Source: the human T2T-CHM13v2.0 reference genome, Homo sapiens
Direction: 5' to 3' (one strand)
Assembly (NCBI RefSeq): GCF_009914755.1
Contig: NC_060943.1
Length of the DNA stretch: 64,000 nucleotides
This document shows, piece after piece, positions 35,264 to 53,720 of the stretch (within the stretch, counting starts at the first letter, position 1; each line of letters begins with the position of its first letter). A model generated the notes under the pieces. The model searched no databases and was not told where the DNA came from. It was given only the letters and a program-made list of their open reading frames with translations. Both the position numbers and the translations under genes were made by a program.

Positions 35264-36884
35264 CTGTCAGAGACAACATGGAGATGGGATCTGGCTGGCC
35301 ACCCTGCTCTCATAGGGCCACCCCCACCCCTCCTGGCACCATTCCCAGCATTTTTCAGAGCTAGGTCTCTGGACCATCTGCCTCAGAAACACCTAAAATG
35401 CAGATCCTCAGGCTCCCCAAATAATCTATAGAACCAGTGCTGGGCCCTGGAATCTGCATTTCCCACAGGTTCCCAAGTGAGCATAAAACATGCCCAAATT
35501 CAAGCAACTGGTACACAGCAGTTAAGAGCACAAGCTGCAGACCCAGACGGCCTGGGTTCAAATCCCAGCTCCACAACTTACTGCTGTGTGGCCTTGGGCA
35601 AGTCTCTCAACCTCTCTGTGCGACACACATCTCATCTAAAATTCCAACTCTCCCTGACTTTCCCTACTGAATTTTTCTCTGTTGTGTTTATCACCAACTG
35701 ACAAGCTACGTATGTTTACAAATTTATCTTGTTTCTTGTCTGTCTCCCCTCTTGAATCCCTGCTCCACGGAGGCAGGGATTTTTGCCTTTTTTTGTTCAC
35801 TGCTTAATCCCTAAGTCCTAGACCAGGGCCTTGGTCACACAGTAGGTGCTCATTAAGTGCTTACTGAATGATGAAATCTGTAAAATGGGGCTCAGAGAAC
35901 TTGGCTCCTAAGGTTTCCATGAGGACTGAATAGGATTAAAAACACGTATTAAATGACCAAGAAATGCTTGTAGGATCAATGAAAGAAAGAATGTGGATCT
36001 GGAGAGGAATGTCCACACCTCCCAGGAGATAAACGAACTGGCCTTTCTCCCTCCCCTTCTGCTACCCTCCTGCACCAGCCCCTAAGGATGGACTCTTGGA
36101 ACTTGGATGAGCTCATGGCTGGATCAGCCCTCGGCTCAGCCATGCCAGCCAGCTCCACAGTGGCCAGGCTTGTGGCCGTGTGCTTGGGATGGCAGAGACT
36201 TCCGCTTCCCTCCACTGGGAGCTGGGGCCGGGAAACTCTCTCTCCCTCCTGCCAGGGCCGGCAGATGGAGCGTTGGCAACGTCTGCTTGGTTTGGTTCAA
36301 TTTCACAAACATGTCCTGAATACCTCGAGGCACTGGAGGTGGGGCTGCAATGCTGAGGGAGACCCCAGGGCTGAGAGGAAGACCCTGTACCTGTTACATG
36401 TAATCTTAACTTAATAGGGTCCTTGGGGAGAGGCTTAGGCTGGACGGAGGCTAGCTCTTAACATGCTGCGTTTGGCTAAGGGGAGGCTCCAGCGGGAAGC
36501 CAGAGGAAGAGAGAAGGTGGGGACATTTATTGGCCACTCCATCTGTGCCTTGCCATGGTTCTGGGTTCTCTAAGGTCCCAGGGCTGGTGGCAGCCCTTTT
36601 TCCTTGGCCCCAGCTCTGACTGGGTCCCCATAACAGCACTCCCTCTCCCATCCACTAGCCTGGGGGCTACACCATTCCTTGGAAACCCTGCTTACTCCCT
36701 GTAAACGGCCTTTTGGTTGAGTTTGCCATCCGTTTCCTGCAGCGACCTCACTGCCTTCCCCCTTCCCACCCTCTTGGCTGTAGAATTTGCTTGATGAGGG
36801 ACAGTCTGTTTCTGGGAGTGGGGGGAGAGGCGCCTTCTCTTTGCATGGTGCATCCCCGGCAAAAGTTCTAACCCTGTTCCCATG

Positions 36885-36919
36885 CCCCCACCCCCACCCC
36901 CACCCCCACCCCCACCCCC
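36885..36919 (-). repeat. Six G5 runs separated by single T (GGGGGT repeat); predicted G-quadruplex
   Basis: Plus strand (CCCCCA)5CCCCC. Confidence 0.9.
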
Positions 36920-36972
36920 GTCCTGATCTGCCATGGGCAGGTGGTAACTTTGCCAGAGAAACATTCTCCCAC

Positions 36973-37049
36973 CGCCTCCACCTTGGTGAGCTCCTGGGCG
37001 TTGGCCAGATTGTCCACAGCGATGGCCAAGAACACATTCAGGAGGGTGT
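36973..37049 (-). CDS. CACNA1A: CACNA1A exon 17 (68 nt ending 36982, or 77 nt ending 36973 with VEA; IIS6)
   Basis: ttgcag|ACACCCTC...ACCAAG|gtggaggcg|gtggga; YTLLNVFLAIAVDNLANAQELTK(VEA). Confidence 0.98.
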
Positions 37050-37536
<487 letters not shown>

Positions 37537-37622
37537 TTAGCCTGGCTTCTAGGAAAATGGGACCCTGGAGGAGTCACAGACCCTCCTGTAACTCTGTCTT
37601 ACTTGATGTGATTAAGGGGATT

Positions 37623-38345
<723 letters not shown>

Positions 38346-39278
38346 GGATTTTAATATTTACCTGTGTTCCTCATGTGGTCATGGTGATGATTAAACAAGC
38401 TACTACGTGGATAGCACAAATGTAGCACAAGGACACGTTTGGGGTCCCCCTGCCTGAGGCAGACCCTGGAACAAGGGTTCGGGTGCAAGTGGTTTGTCTG
38501 GGAGGTGATCTCAGGAAGCACCAGTAGGGGAGAGGAGAAGTGAGAAAAGGGAAAAGAGGGTGGAACGTAAACAGTATGTGATCAAGCGAGTTTCCACTGT
38601 AGGTAACCGGGGCTTGGTCTTGCTGGGGAGCTCTAGGGGTCATCCCACCTGAGGGTGAGGGAGCTGGGGTATTTATCCACCAACGGCTGCTCCTTTTAAG
38701 GTGTGGCACAAAAAATTCACAGTACTGCTGGACTGCAGTTCCTTGGGGGCAGAGCAGGGGACCAGAGAAAGACCAAGGCAAAGGATTAGGTGTTGACAGA
38801 CGCAAGTTGTGCTGATGCATACTGAAAGAACCAAGGGGATATTCAAACAGCACCTACATGCTCCTTTAAAAAAGATCCAACTTCCTTCCTTCTATCCATA
38901 TCCCCATGAGGATAAAGTAAATGTTAAAGAACTCCAAAAACATGAATCTGCTAAAACAGGGTTTCTAAGCCTCAGCACTGCTGATATTTGGGGCCAGATT
39001 ATTCTATTTGGGGCTGTCCTGTGCATTGTAGGATATTGAGCAGCATTCCTAGTCTCCACCCACCAGATGCCAGTAGCACCCTCTCCCTAGCTGTGACAAC
39101 CAACAATGCTTGCAGACATTGCTACATGTCCTTGGAGGACAGACTTGTCCTTGGGTGAGAACCTCTGAGCTAAAGATACATGACTAGCGATCAGTGCTAT
39201 TAATAATCGCTTATGGGCCAGGTGTGGTGGCTCATGCCTGTAATCCCAGCACTTTGGGAGGCCGAGGCAGGCAGATCA

Positions 39279-39515
<237 letters not shown>

Positions 39516-39979
39516 TTATGTGGGGGCTCAGAACTTCCCTTCATGGAAGGTTTCCTCTTCAACTCCCTGTCTTGGGGTCTCATTTAGAAACTACCTCCCC
39601 AGGAGAAGGAGAGAGTGAAGTCACATTTTCTATACACTCTCAGTCCCTCAAAGAGAAAGAATCCACCAAAGATGCTCTGAAGGTCCCGGCTGGGCCAGTC
39701 CCAAGCCTCAGGGAATGCGCCCACATGGGTGCAGAAGTTGCTTTGGGTTGATCACCCTGGAATATGAGACCAAGGTATCTTCAGATTTGATGGGTGTATT
39801 AGCCATTTTTTTTCTCTGCCTTTTTTTTAAGAGACAGGGCCTTGCTCTGTGGTGCAGGCTGGAGCTCACGGCAGCCTTGAACTCCTGGGCTCAAGCAATC
39901 CTCCCGCCTTGGTCTCCCAAAGTGCTGAGATTACAGGCATGAACCACCTCATTGGCCTGGCCACGCATTTTATTTTCTT

Positions 39980-40400
39980 TATTCTGATGCATCTGGGGTC
40001 TTGCTGACTCTGGAGGGACTGCCCGGTCCAGCACTAGCCAGTCCCTAGAGGTAGTAAACAATTTAGCCCTGAGCAGGCTTTTTAAAAGCAAACCAAACAA
40101 TATCCCAACCAGCCCATATCCCAACCACCTCCTTTATCTTCCCAGCACTATCCACCTGCCCTAATCACCCCAAGGCCAGGTCCTAGACAAGTAGGAACAG
40201 CTCCTCTGCCCCAGAGCCCACTGAAATGATCCAAACTAGCCAGTCTCGAGCTGTTTACTCTGCCTCACCCATTCCGTCCCATGGAAACCACAATCAAGCC
40301 TCTTGCCCACATTTTCCTTCTCTTCCTGCTTGACCCTGTTGCTTCTCTGCTTGGTCCTGCATGGTGTGCTCCTTCTCTGAGGATCTGTGAGTATAACAAA
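39980..40400 (+). mobile_element. ERVL-type LTR fragment (MER54/MER74-like)
   Basis: ccctaatcacccc..ggccagg..ctagacaa...ccatggaaaccacaat motif order; family uncertain. Confidence 0.45.
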
Positions 40401-40944
40401 CTTTCTTTTCGTTTTTGAGACAGGGCTTTGCTCTCTCGCCCAGGCTGGAGTATAGTGGTGTGATTGTAGCTTACTGCAGCCTCAACCTCCTGGGCTCAAG
40501 CAATCCTTCCACTTCAGCTGCCCTAGTAGCTAGGAGGTATGTATCACCATGCCCAGCTAATTATTATTATTATTTTTTTGCAGAGACGGAGTCTCACTAT
40601 GTTGCCCAGACTTGTCTCAAACTCCTGGCCTCAAGTAGTCCTCCCATCTTGACCTCCCAAAGTGGTTTTTTTTTTCTTTTTCTTTTTTGAGATGGAGTCT
40701 CACTCTGTTGCCCAGGCTGGAGTGCAGTGGCGCGATCTTGGCTCACTGCAACCTCTGCCTCCCAGGTTCAAGCAATTCTTGTGCCTCATCTCCCGAGTAG
40801 CTGGGATTACAGGCATGTGCTACCACGCCCGGCTAATTTTTGTATTTTTAGTAGAGATGGGGTTTCACCATGTTGGCCAGGCTGGTCTCGAATTCCTGAT
40901 CTCAAGTGATCCGCCCACCTGGGCTTCCCAAAGCGTTGGGATTA

Positions 40945-41358
<414 letters not shown>

Positions 41359-41554
41359 TCATCTCCAAGGAAACGAACGTCTCCATCATCTCTGTCCCCA
41401 GGAAACCCTGAGTGGTACCCAGGGCCCTGCCCATTTGGGTGACCGCAATGGGTGTCTGGGCTACGAGGAAGGCAGCCTGCACGGTGGAGGGGACTGTGTG
41501 TTCCCTGAGCCTGACCCCAGGGAACCAGGAGTTGGAATTCCTGTGAAGGACTTA

Positions 41555-42109
<555 letters not shown>

Positions 42110-42315
42110 TCATCCATTCATTTATCTATAGAGACCGGGTCTCACTGTGTCACCCAGGCTGGAGTGCAGTGGCGCAATCATAGCTCACTGCAGCACTGTC
42201 CTCCTGGGCTTAAGTGATCCTCCCACCTCAGCCTCTTGAGTAGCTGGGATTACAGGTGTGCCCCACCACATCTGGCTAATTTTAAAACATTTTTATAGAG
42301 ATAGTGTCTCGCTAG

Positions 42316-42658
<343 letters not shown>

Positions 42659-43608
42659 TAGTCTCGAACTCCTGACCTCGTGATCCGCCTGCCTCGGCCT
42701 CCCAAAGTGCTGGGATTACAGGCGTGAGCCACCACACCTGGCCTCTTTTTTATTTATTAAGAGCTCCCACAGGCCTGAGAATTCCTGAAACACATAATTA
42801 CAAAGTGAATGTCATGCAACTACTACCTATGTCAACAATTAGGAGAAGGCTAGGGCAGTGGCTCATGCCTGTAATTCTGGAACTTTGGGAGGCCGAGGTG
42901 GGCAGATCACTTGAGCCCAGGAGTTCAAGACCAGCCTGGGTAACACAGGGAAACCCTGACTTTACAAAAAAAAAAAAAATTAGTCAAGCATGGTGGCATG
43001 TGCCTATAGTCCCAGCTACTTAGGAGGCTGAGGAGGGAGGATAGCTTGAGCCTAGGAATTTGAGACAGGAGAGGGTCATGATCCTGCCACTGCACTCTAG
43101 CCTGGGCAACAGAGCAAGACCCTATCTCAAATAAAATAAAAAATAAAATAAAATAAAAAGGGACATGTGGATACCCTGGAAGTTTCCAGAGACACTGTGA
43201 TATAACTACCATCCTGAATTTTGTAATAACCATTTTCTTACCTTAAAAAAAACTGAGGTGAAATTCACATAACATAAAATTCACACTTTGAATTACACAA
43301 TTCAGTGCCTTTAGGTACATGCACAATATTCTGCAACTATCACCTCTATCAAGTTCCAAAACATTTTCATCACCCCCAAAGGAGGCCCTGTCCCCATGAG
43401 CAGTTACTCCCCACTCTCCCTCACCCAGACCCTAGCAACCACTAATCTACTTTCTGTCTCTATGGATTTGCCTGCTCTGGACATTTCATACAAATGGAAT
43501 TATGCAATACTTGACCTTTTGTGTTTGGTTTCTTTTACCGAGCGTTGTGTTTTCAAGGTCCTCGCCTTTTTAACGTATTCAAGTATCATCCTTAAAAAAT
43601 ACAGTTTA

Positions 43609-44010
<402 letters not shown>

Positions 44011-44130
44011 TTACGTTGCTAGCTCCTGCCTCCTTCTGTGCCATGTTACATGGGTGAGATTCATTCCTGTTGTTGGGCATGTGGCTGCTGTTGGTGGACT
44101 TTGATTGTCACAGAGTATTTCATTATATAG

Positions 44131-44409
<279 letters not shown>

Positions 44410-44417
44410 TAGTATAG

Positions 44418-44701
<284 letters not shown>

Positions 44702-45087
44702 TAATTTTTGTAGAGACAGGGTCTTGCTATGTTGCCTGGGCTGGTTTTCAACTCCTGGGCTCAAGCAATTCTGCTGCCTCAGCCTCCTGAATAGCTGAGG
44801 CTATAGGCATGAGGCATCACACCCGGCTTTCTTTTCTTTTTAATGGAAAGAAATTGGTTTTATTCTTTAACTACTTGGGTCATTTATGTAGGGAAGGTTT
44901 GCTTGTTTGTATGTATTTTGTTTTCTCCAACAACATAATTTTCTATAATGGCAGAAAACAGTACAACATTCAGTTATTATAAATTATTAAGCTGGCTGGG
45001 TGTGGTGGCTCACGCCTGTAATCCCAGCACTTTGGGAGGCCAAGGCGGGTGGATCACGAGGTCAGGAGATCAAGACCATCCTGGCTA

Positions 45088-45345
<258 letters not shown>

Positions 45346-45507
45346 CTATGGTAAATGATTAGGGCTGCCCTGGGCCAGGCATTCTCCACTTATTTGCGAA
45401 CAACCTTAATTTCACTTCCAGCTGCAGGGACATTCTGGCCTGTGTCTCCTAGGTATCTGGGTGAGATTTTCTAGGATGAATTCCTAGCAATGGAATGCTG
45501 GGTCATA

Positions 45508-45874
45508 TCTCCATCTTGTAGTTTTTGCCCTGGTTCGATGAGAAGGATTGGACGTAGATTATTCTCCAGGACTTAGGTTTTGTGTGGACTAGTGGGTTAC
45601 TGGGTGTTAATCACATTTAAAAAATAAATTAATTAACTGAGTAATTCACAAAATAACAAAGGACCATAATGGCTCCATAATGCCAGGGTGTTGTAATCTA
45701 ACAATTATACTTCATCTACCTCCACATGACTGAGCTACAAAGGAAAAGAAGAAATAGAAATCATATTGATGTCCTGTTTGTAATCCTGAAGTTGGGTACT
45801 TAGTTGGAGCGACACAGGCAACCCACCTAAGGCATGGCTTTTCTCCCAACTTGGAAAACTTGTCTTATGTCCCC
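45508..45874 (+). repeat. Copy A of a ~365-bp local duplication (intron 12)
   Basis: Aligns end to end with 47043-47404; about 36 substitutions and one 5-nt indel by hand count. Confidence 0.95.
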
Positions 45875-46037
45875 CACTTAGCTTTCCAAAGGGGGTCTAT
45901 ACGTTTTCCTCCCACTGGCGGTGGTTGAGGGTTCTGGGTACACTGTATCCTTGCCAGTGTTTGGGATTGTTTTCTCATTCCTTCTGCATCCATCTGAGTC
46001 TCTCATATTCAGGGGTGACTTTACCTTTCTCCCTTTA

Positions 46038-46352
<315 letters not shown>

Positions 46353-46449
46353 TTAGGCTGGTTTCAAACTCCTGGCCTCAAACAGTTTCCCTGATTTGGC
46401 CTCCAACATGCTAGAACTACAGGCATGTGTCACCACACCCAACTTCTGA

Positions 46450-46722
<273 letters not shown>

Positions 46723-46792
46723 TGAGGTCAGGAGTTTGAGACCAGCCTGGCTAACATGGCAAACCCCGCCTCTACTAAAAATACAAAAATTA

Positions 46793-46900
<108 letters not shown>

Positions 46901-47042
46901 CTACTGTAGCCTGGGTGACAGAGCAAGACCTTGTCTAAAAAAAAAAAAAAAAAAAAAAAGCAACAATTATGCCCTACCCTCCAACCAACAAGCTAACCAA
47001 CCTTAGGCCGATTTTAAAAGGAATGAGAAAAATATCAGTGGG

Positions 47043-47404
47043 TCTCCATCTTGTAGTTTTTGCCCTGGTTCGATGAGAAGGATCGGATATAGATTATTGC
47101 CAAGGACTTTTGTGTTGACTGGTGGGTTCCTGGGTGTTTATCACATTTAAAAAATAAACTAATTAACTGAATAATTCACATAATAACAATGGACCATAAC
47201 GGCCCCATAATGCCAGGGTGCTGTGATCTAACAATTATATTTAATCTACTTCTACGTGACTGAGCTCCAAAGGATAAAAGGAAATAGAAATCATAATGAT
47301 ATCCTATTTGTAATCCTGAAGTTAAGTACTTAGTTGGAGCGACACAGGCAACCCACCTAAGGTATGGCTTTTCTCCTAACTCAGAAAACTTGTCTTATGT
47401 CCCC
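47043..47404 (+). repeat. Copy B of a ~365-bp local duplication (intron 11)
   Basis: Starts tctccatcttgtagtttttgccctggttcgatgagaagga and ends gaaaacttgtcttatgtcccc, as does copy A. Confidence 0.95.
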
Positions 47405-47759
47405 TAGAAATCCTGTGTTGTGAGTGACCTAAAAAGTCTTGAGTAAGACAAAGCCTTTTGTTCTTTGATGAGCAAGCATAAAATTGCAAATGCCTCAGGG
47501 AGGGGTAAAACATGGATATGCATTTGCTCCAGCAAATAAATGGCTGACATCAGATCCTTTTCTGAGAGGGCTTTCTTGGTAGGGTAGGAAGATGAGGAGT
47601 TAGGAAGGGCGTGGGTACTTAATGGATAGAAAGGAGAGATGAGGAGGGTTTCTGAGGAGCAGAAAGCATACAGAAAGGAAAGAGACAGAGGACTGAAACT
47701 AACTTCCATGAATTTCATATAGCTAATTAAGGCCACAAAGCTAATTGTGTTTGGTGGTT

Positions 47760-48164
47760 GTGATGGTTTAAATGTTTGTGTCCCCTCCAAAATTCACGTT
47801 GAAACTTAATTGCCAATGTAACAGTATTAAGAGGTGGGGCCTTCAGGAGGTGATTAAGTCATTACGGTAGAGCTCTCATGAATGGGATTAGGTGCCCTTA
47901 TAAAAGAGGTTGACAGAGGAAGTTTGTCCCTCTTGCTCCTCCACCTTCTGCCATGTAAGGACCCAGTGTTCCTCCCTTCCAGAGGATACAGTGTTCAAGG
48001 TGCAATCTTGGAAGCAGAGAGTAGCTTTCGCCAGACAGGGAAACCTGCCAATGCCTTGATCTTGGGCTTCCCAGCCTCCAGAACTGTGAGAAAATAAATT
48101 TCTGTTCTTATCAAATTACCCAGTCTCGGGTAATTTGTTATAGCAGTACAAATGAACTAAGATA
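47760..48164 (+). mobile_element. MST-family MaLR LTR
   Basis: atggtttaaatgtttgtgtcccctccaaaattca...cagcctccagaactgtgagaaaataaatttctgttc...aactaaga. Confidence 0.85.
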
Positions 48165-48550
48165 TTTGCCAAGGGTGTTTGCTATGTCATGCTTTTAAGA
48201 GGTGTTTTGAACTGACCGTCAAAGTCCTTCACAGTATTTATCACCAAAATTTCTCCTTATTTATAGGACGCTAAGGAGATCTTAGTGTCTGAGGGGAACT
48301 CTAGGGTTCCTAGGACCAAAATATCAGCAGAGGAAGTCTGTTTGTAACATCTGACACATTCCTAGACCCACCAGAAGTAACTCTGGGAGGACTGAAGAGT
48401 TTCTGAGATCTTGTTCCTCAGTTACCATGGAAACATGATAGCAGGTGATGCACAAGACTTGAAAGAATTACTTATCCTTAGCATTGTTGCATCTGGAAGA
48501 ACTTTCAGGACCATCAAATCCGGTTTCTACCACATAGATGTGGAGTCTGA

Positions 48551-48829
<279 letters not shown>

Positions 48830-49522
48830 TAACCTCTCTGTGTCTCAGTTTTCTCAAAGGGAAAGTGGGAATGAGTAAAGGACCTTTATAGACACTGAGG
48901 ACCCAGGCAGGAAGTCTCAGTCCCTTGTTCCTGAACCAGGACAGACTGTACAAGATGATTAGTAGAGAGAATATAGGAGATTAAAAATAGAGTATTAGAG
49001 GAAGTTAAAACACGAAGTAGAGTCCTCATTTATAAGAGACTCCAGAGGGACTAAAAACAATTACTAAGTTTGAAACTAGGTCAGGGCCCTGGGAAGGAGA
49101 ACTGGTTCCTGAGGGGTGTCCTGGGGGGTCAGCCAACGTGACTGGGAACAAGGAGGGTTATAAGAAGACAATGGCCTGGACTAGGCTCACGGGCCTTTCT
49201 AGGTCAAAGACTAGACTGTCTCTTCTTGCTGTCCTAAGTCAATTCTGAACCAGGTCAGAAGGTCAGTGAATAAATTAGACAGCCAGTAGGCAAAAGACGT
49301 TTTGAGAAGTCCTTACTTGGGGCCTGTGAGCCAAAGCCAGGGCATCCACCTGCCCCCCTCACTGCCCAATCACTACTCTTTATTTTATTTTATTTTATTT
49401 TACTTTATTTTTTGAGACAGACACTCTCTCTGTTGCTCAGGCTGGAGTGCAGTGGCATGATCTTGGCTCACTGCAACCTCTGCCTCCTGGATTCAAGCAG
49501 TTCTAGTGCCTCAGCCTCCTGA

Positions 49523-49840
<318 letters not shown>

Positions 49841-49962
49841 TAGGCCCAGAGGGCAAAGCCTTAGTGGGCCTTGTACCTTGAGGGAGCAAAACGCTCTCGC
49901 AGATACTGGAGGGGATGTTCTATGAATGAATAAGGAAGCCAAAAAGGGCAGGGGAGGAAGTA

Positions 49963-50042
49963 TTAGGTTGGTGCAAAAGTAACTGTGGTTAAAAAAAAAA
50001 AAAAAAAAGGCAAAAAACGCAATTAATTTTGCACCAACCTAA
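49963..50042. mobile_element. MADE1 (mariner-derived MITE, 80 bp)
   Basis: Terminal inverted repeats ttaggttggtgcaaaa...ttttgcaccaacctaa; preceded by TA. Confidence 0.92.
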
Positions 50043-50514
50043 CAGGAAAGAAGCAGAAGGTTTGAAAGAAGAGAGAAGTAGAGTCAGAAATAAGTAGAGA
50101 AAATGAGGGCAACATATAAGCCACTCCTTATTTCTAAGGCATCCTCTCTTAACCATAAGTTATGAACATTTCCAGAGATGTACATAAAAATTATTAATAC
50201 ATGTATGTTTCTGTTTCTATCTGTCTATCTTATGAGCTCCGTCTTTCTCTGTCTCTCTTCCAACATCCCCTTCACCAGCACCCCTCTGTCCCTCTCTCTT
50301 AGAAAGGAATCACAGGAGCATTTGTTGGTCTGAATTCCAGCTTCCAGCTCTCAGGTCTAAGGGAGATGGGTTCCATTGTCATAGCAACAGTAACATTGGC
50401 CCCAGTGACAGTTATAGAAATGGCTAAAGGAAAGGGCAGATTCAATGAGGACCAAAGAAGATACACATACTACCAGAGAAAGAGAAGTGGAAAAAGGGTG
50501 TGAGGGAGGGATCA

Positions 50515-50802
<288 letters not shown>

Positions 50803-52258
50803 TCAGAAGAAATTAACCAATGTGCAGCCCAAGCACAGATTTTAGCCAGGGGATCCATTAGTCTCTCCAGCAAGCCTCTGGCCTGAGGGAACCATCATGA
50901 CCCATGGGCTTAGTTTTGCATAGATGGAGCTTATGAGAAGACAGTGCCCCTGAAAAATAACAGAATTAGAAGTAACCAATTGATGGGAAGGCTGATAGTT
51001 CTCTGTTGCAGGAGCCAATTTTCCATGTCTCCCACTCCCAGCCACATCTGATGCCTCTGGGAGTCACACCACAGGGCAGGATAAAGCAGAGCCTCCATTC
51101 CCTGATGCAGGGGCAGGCAACAGAGCTGCATGGAGCACGCTTGGAAGGCCTCCAGAAAGAGATGTGGATGAGACTGTTTTCCATGGACATTTAACTTTAG
51201 AAGTGATCACTGAGGAATAAGCTGGGTGTGTCCTCTGCCTACATATAGTTTTGCTCTTATGCATTTATTGAGTACCTATTTTGTGCCAGGCTCTGTTCCA
51301 GGGGCTCAGGATACATTAGGCAACAGAGCCTGGACTTCCGGGGTCTGACCCTCTAAGGGGAGGAGACAGACAGTGGACGTAATAAGTAAATTAACAGTGG
51401 GATGGAAAATGAAAAGTGCTATGGGAAAAAAAAAGTTGGGATGGGTGCAGTGGCACATGCCTCTAATCCCAGTACTTTGGGAAGCTGGAATGGGAGGACT
51501 GTATGAGGCCAGGAGTTTGACACCAGCCTGGGCAACACAGCGAGACAAGTTCTTTTAAATAACAATTTTTTTTTTAAGAGAAAAAGTAAAGCATCACAGA
51601 GGGACTGGGAGCCCTTGGAGAGTCCACAGGGTAGGCTGCAACATTAAATTGCATGGTCAAGGTGAGTGTGTTGACTTGTCACTTTAGTATCTTAGGTAGA
51701 GGAAACAGCAAATTTAAGGTCCTGAAGCATGAATGTGTCTGCCCGACATTTTTGGGGAAGAGCACAAGGAAGTCAGTGTGGCTGGAGTGGAGTGGTTGAG
51801 GGGAAAAGAGGAAGGTGGTGAAGGCAGGGAGGTGACAGGCAGATCATGCATGGCCTGGTGGACCACAAGGAGGACTTTGGCTTTTACCCTGAGTGAGGGG
51901 GGAGCCGTGGAGGGTTCTGAGTAGAGGAGGGATGGAACCTGATTTGGGTGTTCACAGGCACCCTCTGGCTGCCGAGTGGGAGAGTAGACAGTGAGAGGTG
52001 AGGACGGGAGCTGGGAGACCAGGCTGGAGGTGACTGAACCCATCCAGGCAAGTGATGATGATGATGGATGGGGGCTGGAGTTGGGTGGTAGTTAAGCGGG
52101 GAGGATTTGGGATGAATCATTTAAGACAGATTCAACATTTGCTGATGGAACGGTGTGGATGTAAGAGAGAGGGATGAGCCAAGGTGAATGAATGATGTAC
52201 ATACAAAGGAATGGATGAATTGGTGAACCCCTTAAGGGATGGAGCTCTCATCCACTGA

Positions 52259-52612
<354 letters not shown>

Positions 52613-52682
52613 TGAATTACCATGCCCAGGCTTAAGATACCTTTTCTTATAAACCCTCAGTTGCATTCATTTTTAAATGGTT

Positions 52683-52943
52683 CTTCATTGATTGATTCAT
52701 TCATTAGTACATTCATTCATTCTTTCATCCATCCATTTGTTCATTTATTCATTCATTCTTTCATCATTCTTAAATTCATTAGCACATTCATCATTTATCC
52801 ATTCCTTTGTGTGTACATCATTCATTTGCTCATCCATTCATCCATCCATTCGCTCATCCATTCATCCATCCATTCATTATTCATTTGCTCATTTGTTTCT
52901 CCATTCATTCCTCCATTTATCCATTCACCCATACATCCATCCA
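52683..52943. repeat. (TTCA/TCCA)n degenerate tetranucleotide repeat
   Basis: Direct reading. Confidence 0.9.
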
Positions 52944-53672
52944 GCACGTTTATCAAAACCACCCCACTTGCCAGACACAGGACACAGCAAACACCTCCAA
53001 GGAGGCCACTTCCTATCAGCAAAATTCTCAACAGAGATTTTGAGTTGGCACCCTAGGGGCCATACCGACTCATACTGGGTTTGTGAAAGCTGAAATTATT
53101 GGTCCACATTTAAAAACTGGGAGATTTTCCATGAAAATATGGATTTCAGCTTCCCCTGAATGAAAATAACAGCTGACGTTTATGGAACATTTAGCAGGCA
53201 CCAGGCACTGCAGGGAACATGTTTTATACGACAAGCTACTTACTCCTGCTCAGAGCCCTAGGAAGTAGGGACCAGCGTCATCCCCATTTTACAGCCAAGG
53301 AAACAGGCTGAGGGGGGTCTAGTAACCAGTGAAGATGTGTCAAGATGGTTCAGAGTGTGTGCTCTGGGCCGCCACATTGCACACCTGGGGCATATGGTCA
53401 TGGGGCAGGGGCACATTCCACTCGGCTGCAGTTGGCCAGGCCCAGTGGCTGTGACCTGCTTACAGGGACGCCTCTCCTTTCTGCAAAGACCCTTCCCCTC
53501 ATGTCCATCACCTTCTCAACCCCAGTGGCAGCTCCTCATGACCCTGCCCAGCATTTCTGGCCCTAGTTCCTGAAACTCTCAAAGATGTGTCCAGATCTGC
53601 AGGTCTCCAAAGGGCTTGGCCAAAAGAAATAAGACCCTTGGGACCTTGGGGGACAGGGGGGATGTTCCACAG

Positions 53673-53675
<3 letters not shown>

Positions 53676-53715
<40 letters not shown>
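53676..53715. repeat. (GA)n microsatellite
   Basis: About 20 uninterrupted units. Confidence 0.95.

Positions 53716-53720
<5 letters not shown>

Noticed and set aside
52683-52943. Large NOVA YCAY cluster
   Set aside because: YCAY is on the plus strand, not on the CACNA1A pre-mRNA
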